From a virus, in the IMG/VR virus record IMGVR_UViG_3300033273_000460, positions 43,771-107,770 of that record: a stretch of DNA of 64,000 nt; one strand, 5' to 3'. Made by a program: the position numbers and the translations under genes. The notes under the pieces were generated by a model. The model was given only the letters and a program-made list of their open reading frames with translations. It did no database searches and had not been told where the DNA came from. Of the stretch, positions 1 to 7,487 are shown in pieces (the stretch's first letter is position 1; every line of letters begins with the position of its first letter).

Positions 1-583
1 CAGTTATTGCCTCTTTTGTGATGCGTGTTTGTTCTTTGAGTGTTTCTGCTTTTTCACTGAGCAGTGTTATACCCAACAACTGTTCAATGATAGCACGTTG
101 ATCATTGTTGCCTAAACTTAAAAATGGTTGTGTGTAAGTGTTGAGTGCTACAAGATGCTTGAACATTTCATGTGTCATGCCCAGCATGGTTTCTATAGCG
201 CCTTGCGTTTCTCTGCTGTCGCCTTCTTGTAGCTCGTCATCACCTACTGCATATTTGAGTATGTTTGGTTTGCGTCCACGTTCAATACGATAGTGTACAC
301 CATTGTTTTCAAACTCAACTGTGACCAACATACCTTTGCTGTTGGTTTTGTTGATTAGATTGTCGCGCTTGATGTTTGTTAGTGCATTGCCATACAGTGC
401 GTAACTGAGTGCATTGATGATTGTGGTTTTGCCTGTGCCGTTTCTAGCACCACTGTCATCGCCACCTAAGTCTAAGTTTTCGCCTAACACCAATGTGAGG
501 TCGTTGCGGTTGAAGTCAACTGCTTGTGTAGTGTTACCCACACTCATAAAGTTTTTTACTGTGAGAGTATTGAGTTTAAACAT
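1..583 (-). CDS. gp46: Recombination endonuclease ATPase subunit (T4 gp46 / SbcC / Rad50 family), 5' part; runs off the window
   Basis: Not in the ORF track; translated by hand from ATG at 583: MFKLNTLTVKNFMSVGN...GARNGTGKTTIINALSYALYG. Shows the KNF.S motif and Walker A NGTGKT; lies downstream of gp47. Confidence 0.93.
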   Translation of the reverse strand, partial: MFKLNTLTVKNFMSVGNTTQAVDFNRNDLTLVLGENLDLGGDDSGARNGTGKTTIINALSYALYGNALTNIKRDNLINKTNSKGMLVTVEFENNGVHYRIERGRKPNILKYAVGDDELQEGDSRETQGAIETMLGMTHEMFKHLVALNTYTQPFLSLGNNDQRAIIEQLLGITLLSEKAETLKEQTRITKEAIT

Positions 584-589
584 GTGAAT

Positions 590-618
590 ATTTTACTACT
601 TCTTTGTGAATTTGTCTA
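590..618 (-). promoter_or_regulatory. sigma70-like promoter for gp46 (TAGACA-17-TAAAAT), likely giving a leaderless mRNA
   Basis: Minus strand reads TAGACA aattcacaaagaagtag TAAAAT attcac ATG: 17-nt spacer, ATG 6 nt after the -10. Confidence 0.6.
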
Positions 619-622
619 TAAA

Positions 623-1291
623 TCAACTCGTTTCGTTCCACAACTCTTTTATATGTTTTCCTATTGCTAAATGTTGTTCTTTGTTTGGGTGATTACCGCC
701 GTGTTTACGATTAGCAATCCAGTAATCTGTGAAACCTTTATAATTTTTTTGATTTATTATTTCTTGCTCTAGTGTTTTTAAATTTGCAAACATTTCTTTG
801 ATATTGTTATCGTTAGTATTATGAAACCATGGAAAAAGTATAAGATCTTGTGTGTAAATTTGTTGTTCAACACGATCTTGATTTAGCATCATCCAACGAA
901 TGTTGTTTTGATTAAACCAAGAAATTAATCGTAAGCATCTTAACCAATGTGTTCTTATACTTTCAAGTTGACAAAAATATTTCTTATAATAAGCATTTAC
1001 AAATTTATCATCACTGTGTACACCGTGAAGTCCTCGAGGACCATAGTTTACATATTCTCTAGTATCTGCTTTGTATACACATTTTCTAATAGTGTTAGGC
1101 CATGCAACAATACAAGAATCAAATTTTGCAGTATTATAATAATAAGATTGTAAACTTATTTCTATGTGATCAATACTTTTGCCTGGTTTTGCTAAACTAA
1201 TAACATTTTGGTCAACAACGTAAGGCCATGCATCCTTTGGATTATCTAATCCATCGCCGTGAGTGGTGCTACCGCCGTCAACAACTAACAT
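623..1291 (-). CDS. SGNH/GDSL-hydrolase-like protein (acyltransferase/esterase-like)
   Basis: N-terminal VDGGSTTHG (block I G-x-S) and C-terminal GGNHPNKEQHLAIG (block V HP); resembles 48259 and 52639. Confidence 0.55.
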   Translation of the reverse strand: MLVVDGGSTTHGDGLDNPKDAWPYVVDQNVISLAKPGKSIDHIEISLQSYYYNTAKFDSCIVAWPNTIRKCVYKADTREYVNYGPRGLHGVHSDDKFVNAYYKKYFCQLESIRTHWLRCLRLISWFNQNNIRWMMLNQDRVEQQIYTQDLILFPWFHNTNDNNIKEMFANLKTLEQEIINQKNYKGFTDYWIANRKHGGNHPNKEQHLAIGKHIKELWNETS

Positions 1292-2304
1292 TATAAGTTC
1301 CTATAGATATCTAGCATGAGATTGTTGTCGTATTGCGCACTATCTAGCTGTGTCAAGTGAGATGTTACAATACTATCAACACTCTCAAAGTTTAGTTCGC
1401 CTTCTACTGCAGTGCTGAGATCTAATTCTGCAGTTTGTGGTATGAGGCTTAGTTCACGCAACCGGTACTGCGGTATAAACTGTTCTTTGATAAAGTTTGC
1501 TTCTTCGTAACTGATGTCTACATCAATTTCTACTCTGCAGTACATGTTTGGTTGTAGCAATACATCTGTGTTTGTAAGTATGTCACCCAGTTTGTACTTG
1601 CGAAACTTAGGTGCATCTGGCCATGCATGATATTCTTCTTTACCTCCCCACTCCATGATCATTACACCACGTTCATCATCGTGTGCATCTGCATAGTTGT
1701 GCGGAAATGCATTGCCAATGTAATTGATGTTTTTGTTTTGCTGACGTTTGTGAAAGTGTCCTGTAAACACACGTTCAGGTGCAACAAAGTCTTCACGTTT
1801 GAGTTCGCCATGGTCTGGCATTTGCACCATTGCATTCATGTAAAAGTGTGGCAACTCAAAATGTCCAAACATGTATTGTGCATCCAGTTTGCTCACACGT
1901 TTGTATTCATCACCCACTAACCATGGCACAACAGCAACATCTTCTACGACCTGCATGTCATTAAAGAAACGTATGTTGTCATACTTTTTCACCCACACAA
2001 TGCTGTTTACATCACGTGTGTCTCTGTAGTGCTCGTCATGATTGCCAGGAATCATCACCACTTGATCAAATCCAGCACTGAGCGTATCAACTGCATTCAC
2101 ACTGTAATTGAGTGTGCTTACATTGACACTGGCTCTGTTGTGATGCCAGTCGCCAAGAAAAACACAAGTTTCGCACTTGTGTTTTTTGCCCATTTCAACA
2201 GCCCATTCAACAAAAGCAAGGCAGTCTTGGTTGTGCTGCCTGCTGTTTGACTTCATGCCAAAGTGAATGTCTGTGAAGAACAGTGCCTTCTTAAACATGC
2301 TCAT
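1291..2304 (-). CDS. gp47: Recombination endonuclease nuclease subunit (T4 gp47 / SbcD / Mre11)
   Basis: Metallophosphoesterase motifs FTDIHFG, FLGDWHH, IPGNHD, TGHFH. The true start may be the second ATG at 2298. Confidence 0.93.
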   Translation of the reverse strand: MSMFKKALFFTDIHFGMKSNSRQHNQDCLAFVEWAVEMGKKHKCETCVFLGDWHHNRASVNVSTLNYSVNAVDTLSAGFDQVVMIPGNHDEHYRDTRDVNSIVWVKKYDNIRFFNDMQVVEDVAVVPWLVGDEYKRVSKLDAQYMFGHFELPHFYMNAMVQMPDHGELKREDFVAPERVFTGHFHKRQQNKNINYIGNAFPHNYADAHDDERGVMIMEWGGKEEYHAWPDAPKFRKYKLGDILTNTDVLLQPNMYCRVEIDVDISYEEANFIKEQFIPQYRLRELSLIPQTAELDLSTAVEGELNFESVDSIVTSHLTQLDSAQYDNNLMLDIYRNL

Positions 2305-2333
2305 ATACTAACACCCTTGATTATAATTGTCAA
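2305..2333 (-). promoter_or_regulatory. sigma70-like promoter for gp47 (TTGACA-17-TAGTAT with extended -10 TG)
   Basis: Minus strand reads TTGACA attataatcaagggtgt TAGTAT atgagc ATG(2298). Confidence 0.65.
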
Positions 2334-3149
2334 TTATTTTCTAGACACACTTTCTCGTGCAGCACTTTCATTGGCTGCCTGGCGTGTGTAACTAGGCATC
2401 ATTCCATTTTGTTCTAGTATGTCATCTCGAATGTTTTGGCCTTTCTTTTCAAGGTTTAACACACGGGTAAAACTGTTAGTGATGGCTGCTGTGTAATAGG
2501 CAAATGGATTTTGACTCTTAGATTCATCAAACTGCAATCCAATTTGACTCAATTGTAACAGTGCAGCACTTTGCATTTCATCATTGTAGGTATATCCACG
2601 CCAGTTGCTTCTGCTGCCATAGCGTTCGCATAACTTGATAAACATTCTAGCCAACTTGTTGGTCATTTGTCCTTGTTCTTTGGAGAAATATCCGTTTTCC
2701 ATACCGCCAATCCAATGGCTTTTACCTACACAAATCAGTTTGTCATTTTCATCAAAACGATAGTGTTGAAACGGCGGAAAGTTGCACTGTGTGTGATGAT
2801 CCGCTACTGTCTTTGGATTCTTCTTGCGTCCTGGTTGTAGAGGAACATGATCAAATGTCATAATACGAAACACTAGGTCTGTTTTTTCTATCTTACGCCA
2901 ATCAACTGCAAATTCTGCTTGTTTGACTTTTTTGTTTTCTAAACAGGCTGCTTCGTATGCTTCTTTTTGCAATCTATCTGCTCTGTTGCGTTTGGCTTGT
3001 GCAACTGTACGAATATTAATCTTGTCTAAACTGGGCAGTATAATGTCAAATTGATGGTCTGTTTCAGATAAAAAACTTGAATAACTGTTTTTACTTTTGT
3101 GAATTTCTAATAGTAAATCTTTGTTATTGAGATACTTTCTAGGTCTCAT
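2334..3149 (-). CDS. gp55: Late-transcription sigma factor (T4 gp55-like)
   Basis: NWRGYTYNDEM...QFDESKSQNPFAYYTAAITNSFTRVLNLEKK is the gp55 signature; synteny gp55-gp47-gp46. Confidence 0.88.
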   Translation of the reverse strand: MRPRKYLNNKDLLLEIHKSKNSYSSFLSETDHQFDIILPSLDKINIRTVAQAKRNRADRLQKEAYEAACLENKKVKQAEFAVDWRKIEKTDLVFRIMTFDHVPLQPGRKKNPKTVADHHTQCNFPPFQHYRFDENDKLICVGKSHWIGGMENGYFSKEQGQMTNKLARMFIKLCERYGSRSNWRGYTYNDEMQSAALLQLSQIGLQFDESKSQNPFAYYTAAITNSFTRVLNLEKKGQNIRDDILEQNGMMPSYTRQAANESAARESVSRK

Positions 3150-3180
3150 ATTATAAACGGTCCTTTAATTAACTACGCAC

Positions 3181-3208
3181 ATTATAGCATATATAAATAC
3201 TTATGCAA
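3181..3208 (-). promoter_or_regulatory. sigma70-like promoter for gp55 (TTGCAT-16-TATAAT, extended -10 TGc)
   Basis: Minus strand reads TTGCAT aagtatttatatatgc TATAAT; an AAAGGA SD-like sequence precedes ATG 3149. Confidence 0.55.
3192..3199 (+). promoter_or_regulatory. T4-type late promoter TATAAATA for the baseplate operon
   Basis: Exact T4 late consensus ending 28 nt before the first structural gene. Confidence 0.75.
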
Positions 3209-3227
3209 GAAAAAAATAAGGAAAGTT

Positions 3228-4112
3228 ATGGCCAAGAATCAATTCAGTGCAGCGTCAATTGCAAGCCAAGCAGCCCAGGCAACAACCAATGGTGTTAGTG
3301 GTTTGACTAAAAACTTGCCTAAATCTATAGGCAACTTTAGTCCTAGTTTGCAAAGACTATACCAAAGTCAATTGTTTGGCAAAAACAATGGCAGTGTCAG
3401 CATCACTGATATACTCACAGATGTTGCTGCACAGGTGCTGGTCAATACTTTTGATTTAAAAAACAACAGTCCAAGTGCTGTGAGTGCTCCTTATGCACCA
3501 GATCGTAGAGCAAAGCTCAGTTTAAGTCCGCAAAGTGGTCCTATACTATATAACGATAATGGTATTATTCTTGAACCATTACGAAACACCGGTGGAATGA
3601 TATTTCCATACAATCCAACTATAAACGCATCACACACTGCAGAATATGATGTTCAAAGTCTTGCTCACACAAACTATCAACAGTATAGTTACAATCGTAG
3701 CAGTGCAGATCAACTACAAGTTGTAGGCGACTTCACTGCAGAAACACAAGAAGAAGGACGTTATTTGTTAGCGTGCATTCACTTTCTTAAGAGTGCTACA
3801 AAGATGTTTTATGGTCTTGACGACAACAGAGGCACACCACCTCCGGTGTTGAGATTCAGTGCATATGGTGAACAAATGTATCATAGTCTACCAGTTGTGG
3901 TTACAACCAGCACATTTGACTTTCCTAACAACGTTGATTATATTGCTGTAGAACTGCCAGGTGGCGGTATCACTGATGTTCCTACACAAATGCAATTGAA
4001 TATGTCACTAACTGTGATTCACAGCAGAACACGCACACTTGAATTTAGTTTAAAAGATTATGCTCAAGGCAGATTGATAGGTGATCCGTACGGTAAAGGA
4101 GGATTCATGTAA
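3228..4112 (+). CDS. Baseplate/tail-tube initiator-like protein (gp48/gp54 / CIS-tube-like fold)
   Basis: FPYNPTI...GTPPPVLRFSAYG...PVVVTTSTFDFP motif typical of tube-fold baseplate proteins; precedes the gp53-like gene. Confidence 0.6.
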   Translation: MAKNQFSAASIASQAAQATTNGVSGLTKNLPKSIGNFSPSLQRLYQSQLFGKNNGSVSITDILTDVAAQVLVNTFDLKNNSPSAVSAPYAPDRRAKLSLSPQSGPILYNDNGIILEPLRNTGGMIFPYNPTINASHTAEYDVQSLAHTNYQQYSYNRSSADQLQVVGDFTAETQEEGRYLLACIHFLKSATKMFYGLDDNRGTPPPVLRFSAYGEQMYHSLPVVVTTSTFDFPNNVDYIAVELPGGGITDVPTQMQLNMSLTVIHSRTRTLEFSLKDYAQGRLIGDPYGKGGFM

Positions 4113-4414
4113 TGGCTGTAACATACTTGATGGATAGTCCATATGCCAACACCGACTTTAAGAGTGACTATTTAGACATCCTGAATGTGAGAAACATACC
4201 TGCAGAAGTTGATGACACTTACCACACACTGACACTTGTTCATCAGTATAGACCAGACTTGTTGGCATTTGACTTGTATGGCAATCAAAACCTTTGGTGG
4301 GTATTTGCCTCACGCAATCCAAACACCATAAAAGATCCAATTTGGGATTTCAGAGAAGGACTACGTTTTTACATTCCTAAAAAGAGCAACGTCGAGCAAG
4401 CATTAGGACTATAA
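4112..4414 (+). CDS. gp53: Baseplate wedge subunit, gp53-like (LysM-like)
   Basis: YRPDLLAFDLYGNQNLWWVFASRN motif; 100 aa; context. Confidence 0.8.
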   Translation: MAVTYLMDSPYANTDFKSDYLDILNVRNIPAEVDDTYHTLTLVHQYRPDLLAFDLYGNQNLWWVFASRNPNTIKDPIWDFREGLRFYIPKKSNVEQALGL

Positions 4415-4415
4415 C

Positions 4416-7400
4416 ATGGCACCTGTTGGTCTAACAGACAAACAATTCCAGGCATTTGCTGAAGCTGTTCGCCAAAGAGAAAGTGGCGGTAACTACCAAC
4501 TGGTGAGTGAAAATGGCTACGTTGGTGCATACCAATTCAGTGCCGCACAACTTGTTGACAGTGGGTTTATTGATAGAACCAGTTATTCAGAAGCCAGTGC
4601 TAGTAGCACCTACAGCCAATTGGAATTTGTAAACGCACAGTCAAATTGGCTAAGTTCAGGTGGTTTATCTAGTTTTTTAACCAACCCAGGACAACAGGAC
4701 AGTGCTTTTGAAGCACTGAGCAATCGCAACAGGCGACAATTGGTGTCTAGTGGTGTGCTTGATGATACCAGCTCAGGAGCCGACACTGCTGGAATGCTAG
4801 GCGTAGCACATTTGTTAGGACCAAGCCAAGCTGCTAACTGGCGCCTAAATGATGATGCCGCTGTTGATATAGAATTTAGCGACGATGCTGCAATTAGATT
4901 TAGCGAAGCAGCAAGTAGCATTAGTAGTGACGTAGTAGTTACCTCTTCGCAAACTGTTTCCAGAGCAACAAGAACTGAAACTGCTGTATTTGACGATGGG
5001 CCTTTAGAAGTTACAGTAAGGCCCATAGAAGGAATAAATCCTACTCCAGGCAGAGTTGGCACAACAGTAAGAAATGGCCCAGCTGGAGAAGCAATGCCAA
5101 GTGCTCCACCGGCTACAGCAACACCAAGTGCTGCACCTAGAACAGTGGTTGCAACTGATCCTGGAGCAGAGCCTGCACCTGAAGCTGCTGCTCCGCAAGA
5201 AACAACTCAAGAAGTAACAGGCGGTCAAGCAGCATCTGGCAGTCCTCAAAGTTTTACTCAAGATCTTAGCAATGTAAAAATTGATGTAAAACCAAACCCT
5301 CTAAACGATTTTGCAAGTTATACTTACAATCTAAGTTTGTATATGATGGGTGTAAAAGGCTACATAGATCTAATGCGCAGCCCTAGTTCTAGTCCGCTTG
5401 AAGCAGTCAATAACACTACCAAGGTGTTGGTTGCAAGAAGTGGCGGAATGGGTAGACCGTTAAATGAACAATTTGACATAGACTTTTTTATAGATAGTTT
5501 GAGTGTTACTAATGTAGGTTCACCTAATCGCAGTGCAGCAAACACAAATGCTGTAGATATCAAATTTGAAATCTATGAGCCTCGTGGTATTACACTGATT
5601 GAAAGACTAAAAGAAGCCAGCGATTCATTTGGCGAAGATACCAATTATATCAACACTCCATACTTGTTACAGATTGATTTTAAGGGATACGACGACGAAG
5701 GTAAACAAATTAATCAACGCATACTGCCAAGATATATTCCTCTAAAAATTGTAGAGTTGAGTTTTGAAATTACTTCAAGTGGTGCTGCTTATAAATGCAC
5801 TGCAGTGCCTTTTCATCACAATGTGTTTGGCAGTATCAACAACACCATTCCACTAAACGTTCAAGTAAAAGCAACAACAGTTGGAGATATTTTTAGCAGT
5901 AGTACTCAAGCTATCGAAGATGAACAAGTAACAGATGATACAACAGGCGAAACATCAAATGTATCAGTTGTTAAAGGAAAAGCAACCACACTAGCTGCAG
6001 CAATAACTGATTACAACAGAAAAACAACAGAGCCAAAAAGAGAAAACAAAGGCGGTCCTCCGGATCAAGACATCATTACACCTGCTGAAGCAGAATTGTA
6101 TGACGAAGTAGAATTTAACCCTGGCGGAGAAATAGCAAACAGTCTATTAGTAACAGACAAATTTGATGCACTCAACACAGACATGAAAGAAGCAGGCGAT
6201 GCTTTCAGACAGTATGCATCTACAGTCAAAGGCAAAGTTCAACTAGAAGACAATCAAATATTCCGTATCAATGCCGGTACAGGTATTGTTAGTTTGTTAA
6301 ACTTTGTTGTCATAGCCAGTAACTATATGGAACGTAATGTGCTTGAAGAAAATGCAGGATCAGGCAAAGGACAAAACACACCTGTGTATTGGTGGAAGAT
6401 TAAACCCAAATTGATAGACATAAAAGGCTGGGACAAAAAAGCAGGACGTTACAAATACAAAGTGCGTTATGATGTAATTCCTACCACAGTGTTCTACAGT
6501 GACTATCCATGGGCACCAAGAAGCAAACCTGCAGGTGATGGATTCCATAAAAAATATGATTACATTTTCACTGGTATAAACACAGAAGTAATTGGCTTTA
6601 AATTAGATTTCAACACTGCATACTACCAAGCCAATCAGTTTGGCACAGGTGTTCCAGATGGTGAACAGCAAGACGCAAAAACTACTTTCCCAGTTGCAAA
6701 GCAACCTCAGGCAATCAGCACTGAGAGCGAAAACCTAAAAAGTGATACCACAGTAGAAGCAAAACGCAGCAAAGATTTGCTGAGTACCATCATGACAGAA
6801 GGCGCTGACCTAATAGAATTAAAAATGGACATACTTGGTGATCCTGATTACATTCCAACAGGCGATGGCTTTTTCCAAAAAGACGAACTTGCCAACAGAC
6901 TTTACACAAAACCGTACTGGCCCGATGGCACTATTAACTATGATTTGACTATACCACATGTGCAAGTCAATTTTAAGACTCCAACAGAGTATGATGATTT
7001 AACTGGATTGTTAGATCCAACAGTGGATAAAAGATACAGTAGCAGCGAGTTCAGTGGAATTTACAAAGTGATTGAAGTTCGCAGCACTTTCCAAGGCGGT
7101 GCGTTTACACAAAAATTAAATCTTGTGCGTACGAAAACACAACCTGATAAAAATGGTCAAATTGAGCAAAACAGCTACAGTGAAGCATTTAATCCAGGTG
7201 CTGTAGGCAAGAGTGCTAAAAAAGAAATGCCAAAACAGATCACAAAAGTTGATGATGTTTCACAACAGACACAAATTGATCAGACTGATGCGACCACACC
7301 AACACAAGCTCAAAGAATGCAAAACAACTTAGGTGCAAGCAGAACATCAAGAGATCAGTCTGACGATACAGGACCAACTGATAGACAAAGTGCAATAATA

Positions 7401-7469
7401 CAAAGACTTTCACGCCAAAGGTTAACAGATACCAACACTGAAGTTGATCCAACACAGTTCGCAACATAA
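4416..7469 (+). CDS. Baseplate hub protein (gp27-like) with an N-terminal lysozyme/SLT-like domain and a Pro/Ala linker
   Basis: N-terminus QRESGGNY...GYVGAYQF...AHLLGP; C-terminus ILGDPDYI...FSGIYKVIEVRSTFQGGAFTQKLNLVR, typical of hub proteins; lies before the gp5-like gene. Confidence 0.65.
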   Translation: MAPVGLTDKQFQAFAEAVRQRESGGNYQLVSENGYVGAYQFSAAQLVDSGFIDRTSYSEASASSTYSQLEFVNAQSNWLSSGGLSSFLTNPGQQDSAFEALSNRNRRQLVSSGVLDDTSSGADTAGMLGVAHLLGPSQAANWRLNDDAAVDIEFSDDAAIRFSEAASSISSDVVVTSSQTVSRATRTETAVFDDGPLEVTVRPIEGINPTPGRVGTTVRNGPAGEAMPSAPPATATPSAAPRTVVATDPGAEPAPEAAAPQETTQEVTGGQAASGSPQSFTQDLSNVKIDVKPNPLNDFASYTYNLSLYMMGVKGYIDLMRSPSSSPLEAVNNTTKVLVARSGGMGRPLNEQFDIDFFIDSLSVTNVGSPNRSAANTNAVDIKFEIYEPRGITLIERLKEASDSFGEDTNYINTPYLLQIDFKGYDDEGKQINQRILPRYIPLKIVELSFEITSSGAAYKCTAVPFHHNVFGSINNTIPLNVQVKATTVGDIFSSSTQAIEDEQVTDDTTGETSNVSVVKGKATTLAAAITDYNRKTTEPKRENKGGPPDQDIITPAEAELYDEVEFNPGGEIANSLLVTDKFDALNTDMKEAGDAFRQYASTVKGKVQLEDNQIFRINAGTGIVSLLNFVVIASNYMERNVLEENAGSGKGQNTPVYWWKIKPKLIDIKGWDKKAGRYKYKVRYDVIPTTVFYSDYPWAPRSKPAGDGFHKKYDYIFTGINTEVIGFKLDFNTAYYQANQFGTGVPDGEQQDAKTTFPVAKQPQAISTESENLKSDTTVEAKRSKDLLSTIMTEGADLIELKMDILGDPDYIPTGDGFFQKDELANRLYTKPYWPDGTINYDLTIPHVQVNFKTPTEYDDLTGLLDPTVDKRYSSSEFSGIYKVIEVRSTFQGGAFTQKLNLVRTKTQPDKNGQIEQNSYSEAFNPGAVGKSAKKEMPKQITKVDDVSQQTQIDQTDATTPTQAQRMQNNLGASRTSRDQSDDTGPTDRQSAIIQRLSRQRLTDTNTEVDPTQFAT

Positions 7470-7487
7470 AAAAATAGGAAGATATAG

